From positions 270,001 through 302,000 of the forward strand of contig NZ_WUUQ01000002.1 in the NCBI RefSeq assembly GCF_009831105.1: a DNA stretch of 32,000 bases. The letters run 5' to 3'. This stretch comes from Copranaerobaculum intestinale (GTDB lineage Bacteria > Bacillota_I > Bacilli_A > Erysipelotrichales > Erysipelotrichaceae). The position numbers and the translations under genes were made by a program. Each line of letters starts with the position of its first letter. The stretch's first letter is position 1. Under the pieces are notes generated by a model that was given only the letters and a program-made list of their open reading frames with translations, was not told the origin of the DNA and searched no databases. Below are positions 1-8,845 of this stretch, in pieces.

Positions 1-42
1 GTACGCCTAAGACGATCAATGTCAACGGTGAAATCAACTTAG

Positions 43-822
43 ATGCCAGTGAAGAGGATTAATCATCAGCGTACAGTTGATTTTTATCGGGGTAACGAGG
101 AATTTGTAAAACGGCTGCTTGATCTGGAAGATCAGGTAGATCGTCAGCAAATACCGTTTGTTACTCCTTTTTTGACTGTCGATCAACAGGAAATTGTGCA
201 GCAGGTCATAAGTGGGCGGTGCTTGCTTGATCGTTGGGGCGGTTATGCGGCTGCGGAGAATTGCCGGATACTGCTGGCACCGCTTTGGTGGGAGCATGAA
301 AGGGATTTTGAAATCACACTGCTGAAAGGACAGTATGCGGATAAATATCATCAGCTGTCGCATCGTGATGTGTTGGGAGCGTTGATGAAGCTGGGAATTG
401 AGCGAAATGTGTTTGGCGATATACTGGTTGAGGACGGCGTGATCTATCTGTTTTGTACGGCGGCGATAGCGTGCTATCTGATACAGAATTTGACACAGAT
501 CGGCCGGGCTAAAATTACCTTTACTCGCTGTGAAGATAACATTGAACGGGATGTGAAAATCGAGTGGCGAACCGAAGTGATCTCATCAATGCGCTTTGAT
601 ACGATTGTGGCCGCGATCACACATTTGTCGCGGCGCAAGGCTCAGGAGTTGATCAGCAAAGGACTGGTGAAACTTAATCATGTAACGCTTGAAGAAACAG
701 CAAGTTTATGTAATAATGATTGTACTGTTTCAGTGCGCGGCTATGGTCGATTTATCGTACATGATACGATGCGCCGAACACAGAAAAGCAATGCGGTAGT
801 GGAAATTGGCAGGTATTGTTAA
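43..822 (+). CDS. ylmH: YlmH-like S4-domain RNA-binding protein (cell-division associated)
   Basis: 259-aa ORF with a C-terminal S4-like segment (RFDTIVAAITHLSRRKAQELISKGLVKLNHV). It sits directly upstream of a DivIVA-domain gene and ileS, reproducing the Bacillota ylmH-divIVA-ileS order. Confidence 0.75.
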   Translation: MPVKRINHQRTVDFYRGNEEFVKRLLDLEDQVDRQQIPFVTPFLTVDQQEIVQQVISGRCLLDRWGGYAAAENCRILLAPLWWEHERDFEITLLKGQYADKYHQLSHRDVLGALMKLGIERNVFGDILVEDGVIYLFCTAAIACYLIQNLTQIGRAKITFTRCEDNIERDVKIEWRTEVISSMRFDTIVAAITHLSRRKAQELISKGLVKLNHVTLEETASLCNNDCTVSVRGYGRFIVHDTMRRTQKSNAVVEIGRYC

Positions 823-837
823 GGGAAGGTGAGGCTG

Positions 838-1311
838 GTGGACGAGAAGCGTTTTGATACAATGAAAAACGGTTATAATCGTTTTCAGGTAGATGACTGT
901 CTGATGAAGCTGCATGATGAAATAGCAATGCTTACCCATAAGGTTGAACTATACCGCATGCGCAGTGAGGATGTTGAGGAACAGCTGAAGGACATCAAGC
1001 AAAAGTATGAGTTTGTCGTAACCGGATTGGCCGCAAAGGAAAAAGCCGCAGAGGATATGTCACGGCTGGCCATGCGGGAAGCCAATACGATCGTGAATAC
1101 CGCCCAACAGAATGCGGATGTGATCGTAAAGGAAGCGCTGATGACAGCCCGCAGCATTCTGCTTGATATTGCCGGTTTAGGCAAAGAAGCAGCGCAGCTG
1201 AAGGGCTCGATGAAGGAACAGCTGGATGTTTTGGAGAAGGCCTTGAATGCCTTTGAGGTTCCCCCGATCCCGGATATGGAGTTATTGAATAGTACAGAAG
1301 AAAAGCGATGA
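838..1311 (+). CDS. divIVA: DivIVA-domain cell-division/polarity protein
   Basis: N-terminal DivIVA motif (F....NGY....VD..L) followed by a Glu/Lys-rich helical region. GTG 838 is preferred because GGGAAGG lies about 8 nt upstream; GTG 829 is the longest-ORF alternative. The stop is TGA 1309-1311. Confidence 0.75.
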   Translation: MDEKRFDTMKNGYNRFQVDDCLMKLHDEIAMLTHKVELYRMRSEDVEEQLKDIKQKYEFVVTGLAAKEKAAEDMSRLAMREANTIVNTAQQNADVIVKEALMTARSILLDIAGLGKEAAQLKGSMKEQLDVLEKALNAFEVPPIPDMELLNSTEEKR

Positions 1312-1321
1312 ACAGGACTCG

Positions 1322-1526
1322 TTTTGATCAGAAATCTTATAGAGAGCCGCTGGCTGGTGGAAAGCGGCAGAGGAATGATGAAAATATCACCTGGGAGCTG
1401 ATTTCCCTAAGTATCGTAAGGAAATCCGTCACCTTCCGCGTTAGGAAGCAGAGGGCATATGAAATTCATATGAACTAAGGTGGTACCGCGTAATTTTACG
1501 TCCTTAGCGATAAGGGCGTTTTTTTA
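1322..1526 (+). promoter_or_regulatory. T-box riboswitch leader of ileS (Ile specifier AUC)
   Basis: AGAGA box at 1341-1345. AUC at 1386-1388 is followed by the conserved purine A. T-box sequence AACUAAGGUGGUACCGCG lies at 1474-1490. Terminator ACGUCCUUA-gcga-UAAGGGCGU plus a U-run spans 1498-1526, just before the ileS SD AAGGAGG (1531-1537). Confidence 0.9.
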
Positions 1527-1544
1527 TTTAAAGGAGGAAATAGT

Positions 1545-4268
1545 ATGGAATATAAAGACACACTGAGGATGCCGAAGACCGCATTTGAAATGAGAGGTAA
1601 GCTCCCGACGAAAGAACCGTTGTTTCAAAAACGCTGGAAAGAGGCGGATATGTATCATAAAATGCTGGAAAAGCGTGATGGTGCACCGACCTTCAATTTG
1701 CATGATGGCCCGCCGTACGCCAATGGGGACATCCATATCGGACACGCTTTAAACAAGATATTGAAGGATGTCATTGTACGCTCTCATTATATGATGGGCT
1801 ACCGTACACCATATATTCCGGGCTGGGATACGCATGGTCTTCCGATCGAGCATGCGATCACCAAGTTGGGGCATGACCGCAAGCAGATGAGTGTTGCCGA
1901 GTTTCGCAAGCTCTGTTACAATTATGCGCTGGAACAGGTGGAGAAGCAGAAACAAGGCTTCTTGAAATTAGGAGTAGTGGGTGATTACGATCATCCTTAT
2001 ATTACTTTAACCAAGGAATACGAAGCAGATCAGATCAAAATTTTTGCGAAAATGGCGATGGAGGGTCTGATTTACAAAGGCCGCAAACCGGTATACTGGA
2101 GTCCATCCAGTGAGTCGGCGCTGGCGGAAGCCGAAATCGAATATCACGATATCAAGAGTCCGACGATCTTCGTATCGTTTCCGGTCGTCGATACAAAGGG
2201 CGTGCTGGAAGGTGATGAAAGCTTCATTATCTGGACAACGACGCCTTGGACGATTCCGGCAAATCTGGCGATCTGTCTGAATGCCGATTTTACGTATGCC
2301 GTTGTACAGAGTGAAAAAGGGAAGTTTATCGTATTGGAAGAACTTGTGGACTCCCTTTGGGAAAAATTTGGATTATCCGAAAAGAACATTGTCAAAACAT
2401 ATAAGGGCAAAGAGCTGGAGGGCATTACCGCTCAGCATCCGTTTATGAATCGTACTTCCTTAGTCATTCTCGGTGATCATGTTACCGCGGATGCCGGTAC
2501 CGGCTGTGTACATACCGCACCGGGTCATGGTGTCGATGACTTTAACGTCGGTATGAAATATGGCTTGGAAGCATTCTGTCCGGTTGATGAAAAGGGCTGT
2601 ATGATGAAAGAGGCAGGAGCATTCTTAGAAGGTCAGTATGTCGATGATGCCAACAAGACCGTAGTGAAAAAACTGGATGAGCTGGGTGTGCTTTTGAAAA
2701 TGGAATGGATCACGCACTCCTATCCGCATGATTGGCGGACGAAGAAGCCGATCATCTTCCGTGCTACGACGCAGTGGTTCGCATCCATCGATAAAATTCG
2801 TGAGAAGGTTCTCAATGAAATAGATAATATCAGCTGGGTACCGTCATGGGGACAGACCCGCATGCATAATATGATTGCTGACCGCGGTGACTGGTGTATT
2901 TCCCGTCAGCGTGCATGGGGTGTACCGATCCCAATTCTATATGCAGAAGACGGAACCCCGATCATGGAAGAAGCGGTATTCGAACATATCGCTGAGCTGG
3001 TGCGCGAACACGGTACCAACGTATGGTTTGAAAGGGAAGCCGGCGAGCTGGTTCCGAATGGCTATACACATCCGGGTTCACCGAACGGGAAATTCCGTAA
3101 GGAAACCGATATCATGGATGTATGGTTTGATTCCGGATCTTCTCATACCGGAAGCATGGTAGCAAGCGGAGAGGCATACCCGGCTGACCTGTACTTCGAA
3201 GGAAGTGATCAGTACCGCGGCTGGTTCAACTCCTCTCTGATCATCGGAACGGCCTACTATGGCAGTGCTCCGTACAAGCAGGTATTGAGTCATGGCTTCA
3301 TCATGGACGGCAAGGGCATGAAAATGTCAAAGAGTCAGTTCAATGCCGTATCACCGGCTGAAGTAACGAAGAAATACGGCGCCGATATTTTGCGTTTATG
3401 GGCAACCAGCGTTGACTATCAGGCTGATTGCAGTATGTCAGATGAAATACTGAAGCAGTGCTCAGAAATGTATCGTAAGGTGCGGAATACATTCCGTTTT
3501 CTGTTAGGTAATATCGCCCCTGAGGATTTCACCAAAGCGGATCTGGTGCCGGTTGAAAAATTAGACGATTTGGATAAATACATGCTGATTCGTTTAAATG
3601 ATGTCAATGAAAAAACCAAGAAAGCATATGAGGAATATCGCTTTTCGGATATCACTTCGATGCTGTCAAATCTGATGACAAATGAATTGTCCGCTTATTA
3701 TCTGGATTATGCTAAGGATGTACTGTATATTGAAAAACAGGATGATCCAAAGCGTCGGATGATGCAGACCGTGCTGTATCATGCCTGCGATGTGCTGCTT
3801 CGTGCGTGGGCACCGATTCTTACTCATACGTGTGAAGAAGTCAATGATTTCTTCCATACCGAAGCGGAAAGTATTCACCTAGGTGAATTTGCACCGTTAT
3901 TTGCAGTTGAAAATGCTGATGCGATCCGAGAAAAAGTGGAACGGCTTCTGGTTATCCGCAATGATGTGCTGAAGGCGCTGGAAGAAGCCCGTGCCGAAAA
4001 AATAATCGGTAAATCTCTGGAAGCACATGTATTCCTTCATGTGAGTGATGATGATAACCGACTGATTGATGAAATGCTGGGTGAACGTTTGGCTCAGTGG
4101 CTGATCGTTTCGGAAGCGACCCTGACCAATGTGGAATTGAAGCCTTATGAAGTCGCTCAGATTAAGGTGGAAGTATGCAATGGGGTTGTATGTCCTCGCT
4201 GTTGGAATATTACGGAATCAACCCGTGAAGATGGACTGTGCGATCGCTGCGCGAAAGTTTTAAAATAA
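1545..4268 (+). CDS. ileS: Isoleucine--tRNA ligase
   Basis: 907 aa with a HIGH motif (HIGHALNK), a KMSKS motif, an editing-domain-sized insertion and a C-terminal CxxC...CxxC zinc finger (CPRCW...CDRC). A strong SD and a T-box leader lie upstream. Confidence 0.97.
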   Translation: MEYKDTLRMPKTAFEMRGKLPTKEPLFQKRWKEADMYHKMLEKRDGAPTFNLHDGPPYANGDIHIGHALNKILKDVIVRSHYMMGYRTPYIPGWDTHGLPIEHAITKLGHDRKQMSVAEFRKLCYNYALEQVEKQKQGFLKLGVVGDYDHPYITLTKEYEADQIKIFAKMAMEGLIYKGRKPVYWSPSSESALAEAEIEYHDIKSPTIFVSFPVVDTKGVLEGDESFIIWTTTPWTIPANLAICLNADFTYAVVQSEKGKFIVLEELVDSLWEKFGLSEKNIVKTYKGKELEGITAQHPFMNRTSLVILGDHVTADAGTGCVHTAPGHGVDDFNVGMKYGLEAFCPVDEKGCMMKEAGAFLEGQYVDDANKTVVKKLDELGVLLKMEWITHSYPHDWRTKKPIIFRATTQWFASIDKIREKVLNEIDNISWVPSWGQTRMHNMIADRGDWCISRQRAWGVPIPILYAEDGTPIMEEAVFEHIAELVREHGTNVWFEREAGELVPNGYTHPGSPNGKFRKETDIMDVWFDSGSSHTGSMVASGEAYPADLYFEGSDQYRGWFNSSLIIGTAYYGSAPYKQVLSHGFIMDGKGMKMSKSQFNAVSPAEVTKKYGADILRLWATSVDYQADCSMSDEILKQCSEMYRKVRNTFRFLLGNIAPEDFTKADLVPVEKLDDLDKYMLIRLNDVNEKTKKAYEEYRFSDITSMLSNLMTNELSAYYLDYAKDVLYIEKQDDPKRRMMQTVLYHACDVLLRAWAPILTHTCEEVNDFFHTEAESIHLGEFAPLFAVENADAIREKVERLLVIRNDVLKALEEARAEKIIGKSLEAHVFLHVSDDDNRLIDEMLGERLAQWLIVSEATLTNVELKPYEVAQIKVEVCNGVVCPRCWNITESTREDGLCDRCAKVLK

Positions 4269-4284
4269 CAATCACATATTTTAG

Positions 4285-4322
4285 AAAAAAGAGAGAACTG
4301 CTGAAGCAGATGCTCTCTTTTT
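4285..4322 (+). terminator. Intrinsic terminator of ileS
   Basis: GAGAG..CTGC / GCAG..CTCTC hairpin (4291-4317) flanked by an A-run and followed by TTTTT (4318-4322), 17 nt after the ileS stop. Confidence 0.7.
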
Positions 4323-4375
4323 CTTGATTGACACAGCTTTTGAAAGTTGTAAAAAGTATGAAGATATGGATAATA

Positions 4376-4413
4376 AACAAACAGGAACCACAAATTTGTG
4401 ATTCCTGTTTGTT
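4376..4413 (-). terminator. 38-nt near-perfect palindrome; putative terminator of a minus-strand non-coding transcript (possibly bidirectional)
   Basis: AACAAACAGGAA-C-CACA-AATT-TGTG-A-TTCCTGTTTGTT. The single mismatch is G-U in minus-strand RNA but C x A in plus-strand RNA. The flanking TAATAA/TTATTA can extend the stem, and on the minus strand it is followed by UUAUUAU. Confidence 0.45.
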
Positions 4414-4767
4414 ATTATATAGACTTGAGGAATGGATCATAAAGCATGACATGAAAAAGAATTTTAGGATTGATCATTGCCCGATAATCAATCCTGTAAA
4501 TTCTTTTAATTACTTTCAAGCTATCATTCTGCTTTCTTCTCAAAATGCGATTTTCAAGTTTTCAATTATCATTATGATGTAAGTGAAAAACGTGATTTCC
4601 TTGCCAAGCTCATTCTTTTACAATAAGGGTAAGAATGTATGAAAGAAGCAGAAGCATGAAAGTTCAATTGATAACTGTGGATGTCTTTTGTCAAAAGGAG
4701 TTTCTGATACAACTATCGAATAGATATGGGTTAGTATTCCATATGCTTGTTAACCTTGGCTAACTAA

Positions 4768-4796
4768 ATAATACATGGCTTTTTGGGTAATGTCAA
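4768..4796 (-). promoter_or_regulatory. Orphan sigma-A-like promoter (minus strand) with no downstream CDS
   Basis: On the minus strand: TTGACA (4796-4791), an exact 17-nt spacer, then TATTAT (4773-4768). It fires away from the DGC/PDE gene into the non-coding spacer. Confidence 0.45.
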
Positions 4797-4811
4797 TGAA
4801 AAATTGTACAA

Positions 4812-4841
4812 GAAAAAAGTACAGTCATATCATGCTGTACT
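4812..4841 (-). terminator. Intrinsic terminator of the GGDEF-EAL gene
   Basis: In minus-strand RNA: AGUACAG (4841-4835), a 10-nt loop containing the TGA stop (4832-4830), CUGUACU (4824-4818), then U6. Confidence 0.6.
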
Positions 4842-7580
4842 TGCTCCTTCATCCTGGATGCTGTTCAGATATTGCTGCTCATATTGTTCGATTGGAACCG
4901 GCTTGCTGAATAAGTAGCCTTGAGCAAATTGCACACCGCATTGCTTCAGCACGTCCAACTGCTCTTCGCTCTCGATCCCTTCAGCAATTAATGTGATCTT
5001 CATTTGTTTACAATAATCTGAAATTGCCTTGATGATTGCCTTAGATTTATCATTGGTTACAATATCATCGATCAAACTCTTATCCAATTTTAATACATCA
5101 AATTCAATCGAGGTCAATAATGATATATTCGCATATTCAGTACCAAAGTCATCAATTGAAACAATAAACCCGGCATTGCGGATACGCGCTACCAGCTCTT
5201 TTATATCCAGACCGACGGTTCCGCGGATATCTTCGGTGATTTCAATTTCCAGATATTTTCTAGGAACCTGATGTTTATTGCAAATTGCTATCAATTGATC
5301 GATAAATGCCGGCTCCTGCAGGGAACAGCGGGAAAAATTCACAGAAATAGGCATGAGTTTCTTACCTTGATCTGACCATTCCTTGATTTTTGAACAGACA
5401 TAATCGAAAACGAAGAAATCAATTTGGCTGATTTCCTGTACTTCTTCTAAGAGCGGCAGGAAGTTGCCGGGGAGAATCAGGGAATCTTTCTTAGGCTGAT
5501 AGCGAATCAGCGCCTCGGCTCCGATAGCCGAACGATTATCCGAGGAAACCTTTGGCTGAAAATAAACGACAAATTGCCGCTGATCAATTTTATCTTTTAA
5601 TATTTTAGGATCACCGAGCGGTAAAATTTCATCGTTGTGGCTGCGATACCGGCTTGTTTTTGGATGATCGCGATAGTAAAGCATTTTATCCAGATACATA
5701 TCAGCATCCGCATCAGAAATCGTATATTGGATATTCTTAATTTGCTTGACCCATTTTGATCCGATCGCCGCATGGCAGAGCGTATCCTTTTTAAAACAAA
5801 CTTTCAATTCCCGAACCTTGGTATAAAATAACTGTTCGCTGAATCCTTTGCATAGGATTACAAATTCATCTCCTCCGATACGGTATAAAGAGGCATCCTT
5901 AAACACGCCTTGTATCATACTGGAACAGCGAACGAGCATTTCATCTCCTCGTTCATGTCCAAAGCGGTCATTGGTATCTTTTAAACCATTCAAATCAAGG
6001 AAAACAACGCCGAGTGAGTCATGGTAATCTTTTAGGTCGGCGATGTCCTGTATATACCGGTTGCGATTGAAGAATGAGGTCAGAGTATCATGGTAAGATA
6101 ATTCTGATAACTTATGTTCACTGATGCTTCGGCGAACTGCCAGCATGATAAAGAATCGCAGTGTGTGTAAGAAGGATACGATGTTTTTTATTTTCGCTGC
6201 CGGTGGATTATCAATTCCTATAAATCCGGTGATCTTGCCGTTTTGCTCCAACGGGGCAGCTACTAAAATGCGGATGCCCTGCTGGGACAGGATTTCGTAT
6301 TCCTCAGGATTTGACTCGTGAATAGACTCAAGGTCTTCCAGGATAACACAGTTACGTTCCTCAAAAATTGTCATCCAGCGTTTAAATAGCTGCATGGGTA
6401 TTCCCTGGAGAGAGTCGATCTGCTTCGGTATATCCGCTTTGCACCACTCATGAGTATTGTATCCGACGGCATCCCGTATTTCAAACATATAGGATCGATC
6501 TGCCTGCAGGTATATACCTACCTGTTCCAGAACATAATGAATAGCTGTATCTAAATCCTGTTCTTCATAAAGTACTCGAACACAGTCCATCAGCACTTTT
6601 TGCGAGTCCAATGAAGTTTTTAACTCCAATTTTTCATTTTCTGATTCTGTTGTATCAAAAGCGATTTCCATGCGGGCTGGTCTGCCTTCCCATTCAATCA
6701 GACGGTCTTTTAACAAATAATGACGGTGGGTGATGGAGTTGGTGAATTCCCAGGTATAATTATTGTCTACCGTCAGCTTGGAGGTGGTACAAAATGGACA
6801 TGGAGCATCAAGCCCTTGGAGTGCTTTGTAACACTTTTGACCCTGGATATCCTTGATACCAAAGGATTTGCGTCCGGCTTCATTTAAATAAAGCAAATCA
6901 TGATTTTTTGTATCTGCAATATAAGCAACCTCGGAAATTTCTTCCAAGGGGGCACGGAATGCTTGATACATCTGGGAAAGATATTCACTTTTTTCTCGAT
7001 TTTCATTTTCCGCGATCATCAATTGATTGCGGCGGTGCTGCTGAAGCAATGCGTACAAGCTGCCGAGCACGGTCAGTAAAATAAAGATGATCGCTACTGA
7101 ATAAAGCGCATCATGAGCACCATCAACGCGGTCCTCGGAATAATTCTCAGCATAGCGAACCGCATCATCAGCCATTTCAAAATAGGTCTCACTAAGGTTG
7201 AACAATGCTTCTGCATCCTGTCCCGCTCGAACGTTTTGAATTTCTTTTTGGATGTTTTTCCAAGTCTTCTGCATATCTTTAAGCTGCTCTTGAAATTGCT
7301 TGTCAGGCAAACGAATCAGATGATTATTACCTTTACCGCTTTGCAGTTCGGATAAGATACCATCAATTTTCGTAATCAGCTTATCGTTTGGAATATGGTT
7401 CAGCTCCTGCTTGATCAGCCGCTGGGTTGCCCCGCGAACGATTCCGGTATAGTTAATGACGCGGGCATTGCCCTGTAAATTATCGATAAATGATAATGAA
7501 AAAAACGCTGAAACCAGCAGCGCAATAATTAACATGCCCGGAATGATAATCCCTTGTATAATCCATGATTTTTTTGCCAT
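4830..7580 (-). CDS. Membrane sensor diguanylate cyclase/phosphodiesterase (PilJ-like 4HB - PAS-like - GAF - GGDEF - EAL)
   Basis: 916 aa. Two TM segments flank a PilJ/NarX-type motif (NYTGIVRGATQRLIK). A Cys triad sits at C250/C261/C264, followed by a GAF-sized region. Motifs present: RIGGDEF, EAL (GAEALIRY), DDFGTEY, EGIE and QGY. SD AGAGGTG precedes the ATG at 7580. Confidence 0.9.
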   Translation of the reverse strand: MAKKSWIIQGIIIPGMLIIALLVSAFFSLSFIDNLQGNARVINYTGIVRGATQRLIKQELNHIPNDKLITKIDGILSELQSGKGNNHLIRLPDKQFQEQLKDMQKTWKNIQKEIQNVRAGQDAEALFNLSETYFEMADDAVRYAENYSEDRVDGAHDALYSVAIIFILLTVLGSLYALLQQHRRNQLMIAENENREKSEYLSQMYQAFRAPLEEISEVAYIADTKNHDLLYLNEAGRKSFGIKDIQGQKCYKALQGLDAPCPFCTTSKLTVDNNYTWEFTNSITHRHYLLKDRLIEWEGRPARMEIAFDTTESENEKLELKTSLDSQKVLMDCVRVLYEEQDLDTAIHYVLEQVGIYLQADRSYMFEIRDAVGYNTHEWCKADIPKQIDSLQGIPMQLFKRWMTIFEERNCVILEDLESIHESNPEEYEILSQQGIRILVAAPLEQNGKITGFIGIDNPPAAKIKNIVSFLHTLRFFIMLAVRRSISEHKLSELSYHDTLTSFFNRNRYIQDIADLKDYHDSLGVVFLDLNGLKDTNDRFGHERGDEMLVRCSSMIQGVFKDASLYRIGGDEFVILCKGFSEQLFYTKVRELKVCFKKDTLCHAAIGSKWVKQIKNIQYTISDADADMYLDKMLYYRDHPKTSRYRSHNDEILPLGDPKILKDKIDQRQFVVYFQPKVSSDNRSAIGAEALIRYQPKKDSLILPGNFLPLLEEVQEISQIDFFVFDYVCSKIKEWSDQGKKLMPISVNFSRCSLQEPAFIDQLIAICNKHQVPRKYLEIEITEDIRGTVGLDIKELVARIRNAGFIVSIDDFGTEYANISLLTSIEFDVLKLDKSLIDDIVTNDKSKAIIKAISDYCKQMKITLIAEGIESEEQLDVLKQCGVQFAQGYLFSKPVPIEQYEQQYLNSIQDEGASTA

Positions 7581-7639
7581 GCCTGCACCTCTTACGAAGG
7601 ATATGTCGTGTTTTTTACCGATTGGTAATTATTATGATA

Positions 7640-7668
7640 AGTATAGCAAATTTATTTTATGTATACAA
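7640..7668 (-). promoter_or_regulatory. Promoter of the GGDEF-EAL gene
   Basis: On the minus strand: TTGTAT (7668-7663), 17 nt, then extended -10 TGcTATACT (7648-7640). This implies a 5' UTR of about 55 nt. Confidence 0.4.
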
Positions 7669-7758
7669 TGCATGATTTTACGCCTGAAACGATACAGAGA
7701 CAGTTTGTATGAATTTGAAACATCAAATCAGAAACCTTTAAAAATGCATTGTATTTTA

Positions 7759-7767
7759 TGATATAAT
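7759..7767 (+). promoter_or_regulatory. Extended -10 promoter of the phosphatase / ParB-like operon
   Basis: TGaTATAAT at 7759-7767 about 15 nt upstream of the SD. There is no good -35, which is usual for TGn promoters. Confidence 0.4.
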
Positions 7768-7793
7768 GAGGAAACTTAAAGAAGGTGATGCTT

Positions 7794-8531
7794 GTGTCCG
7801 TATATGTTATGAGTGATGTTCATGGATTGAAAGCTCGTTTTGATGCTGTGCTGGAATCGCTTGCCTTGCATGATTCAGATCATTTATATATCATTGGAGA
7901 TGTTATTGACCGAGGACCAGATGGGATAGAAATCCTAATAGAGTGCATGCGTAATAATAAGATTACCCTGCTGATGGGAAATCATGAATATATGATGCTG
8001 GAGGTATTGAAGCGGTCAAAGCAGCTTGCGGATCGTGTTGATATGTATGATGCGGTGATTGCGATTGAGCGCTGGTTCCGCAATGGCTGCCGGCCAACGC
8101 TGGAGGCTTTTGAATCTTTATCGAAGGCATTACAAAAAGAGCTTGAGCAGTATTTGGAAAGCTGTCCGTTGGCAATTTGCGATTTACGAGTACAGGATCG
8201 CTGTTATTATCTGGTTCACGCACATCCTGTACTGACGTATACGAAAGGAATTGTGACGCTGGATCAACTCAGCGGCAGTGAAGTGAAACCCGATCGATTT
8301 GTGTGGGACCGCATCCTATCTTATCAATCCTTCTTCAAGGATCGCTGCGTGATCTTCGGACATACGATGACAGAGTATTATCAGCAAAACCATCCTTATG
8401 CGATTTGGAGCGGTGATGAAAATTTGATGAACAGTGATCTGATCGGAATCGACTGCGGATGTGCAGCTGCGAATGAACATACGCGTTTAGCCTGCCTGTG
8501 TTTAGATACGATGCAGGTACGGTACTTCTGA
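7794..8531 (+). CDS. PPP-family metallophosphatase (Ser/Thr phosphatase, PrpE/ApaH/lambda-PPase-like)
   Basis: Motifs SDVHG (GDxHG), GDVIDRGPDG (GDxxDRG), GNHE and a later GH. GTG 7794 is preferred because the SD GAAGGTGAT ends 8 nt upstream; in-frame alternatives are GTG 7785 and ATG 7788. Confidence 0.85.
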   Translation: MSVYVMSDVHGLKARFDAVLESLALHDSDHLYIIGDVIDRGPDGIEILIECMRNNKITLLMGNHEYMMLEVLKRSKQLADRVDMYDAVIAIERWFRNGCRPTLEAFESLSKALQKELEQYLESCPLAICDLRVQDRCYYLVHAHPVLTYTKGIVTLDQLSGSEVKPDRFVWDRILSYQSFFKDRCVIFGHTMTEYYQQNHPYAIWSGDENLMNSDLIGIDCGCAAANEHTRLACLCLDTMQVRYF

Positions 8532-8815
8532 TGCGGATTCATCAGCTGGATTATGGGGAAATACAATATCAGCCATGTTCGTATGATCACTCTCTTGAGG
8601 AAAGCATCTTACGTATCGGCTGTTCCTTTCCCCTGCATGTGGAAATACGTAATCATTCCTATGTCTGTATCGATGGCAAAAAACGGCTGAGTGCACTTCA
8701 TGAACTTGATCGGCAGGGAAGACTGGAAGCAAAACGCAGGCTTGTGCCGGTCATGATCATCAATGCAGGTGATTTTCGTTCAACTCCTCATCACAGTATG
8801 CGCAACCATCATTAA
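8531..8815 (+). CDS. Small stand-alone ParB/Srx-fold (ParB N-terminal domain-like) protein, 94 aa
   Basis: The ATG overlaps the phosphatase stop (TGATG, 8529-8533). The pattern IHQL..GEI.YQP...L..SI...G...P..V......Y.CIDGKKRLSAL......VPVMII resembles ParB N-domain boxes, with DGKKR in place of GERR. The tail is His-rich. There is no HTH or dimerisation domain. Confidence 0.55.
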   Translation: MRIHQLDYGEIQYQPCSYDHSLEESILRIGCSFPLHVEIRNHSYVCIDGKKRLSALHELDRQGRLEAKRRLVPVMIINAGDFRSTPHHSMRNHH

Positions 8816-8845
8816 TTATCGTAAAAATAAAGGAATAAGCAAAAG

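Noticed and set aside
1-62. 3' end of an upstream gene at the window edge
   Set aside because: Two frames are open (one stops at TAG 40-42, the other at TAA 60-62). With 13-19 codons visible, neither the frame nor the product can be supported.
34-363. 109-aa minus-strand ORF at the window start
   Set aside because: It is antisense to ylmH and has no SD. The sense frame fits the conserved ylmH-divIVA-ileS context.
4328-4582. 84-aa plus-strand ORF in the ileS downstream spacer
   Set aside because: It reads straight through the 38-nt palindrome, has no SD before any of its Met codons, and has low-complexity AT-driven composition. A TTGACA at 4328-4333 has only a poor -10 (TAAAAA).
4610-4763. 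Possible type I toxin-antitoxin: a 15-codon hydrophobic minus-strand ORF (MLLLLSYILTLIVKE, 4610-4657) and a 35-codon plus-strand ORF (4656-4763)
   Set aside because: Neither has a Shine-Dalgarno. The hydrophobic peptide is too short for a membrane-spanning toxin, and there is no convergent promoter pair of the usual type I layout.
8498-8530. Upstream extension of the ParB-like ORF (ORF-track start 8498)
   Set aside because: These 11 codons overlap the phosphatase C-terminus in another frame. The ATG at 8531 in the TGATG stop/start overlap is the more natural start.
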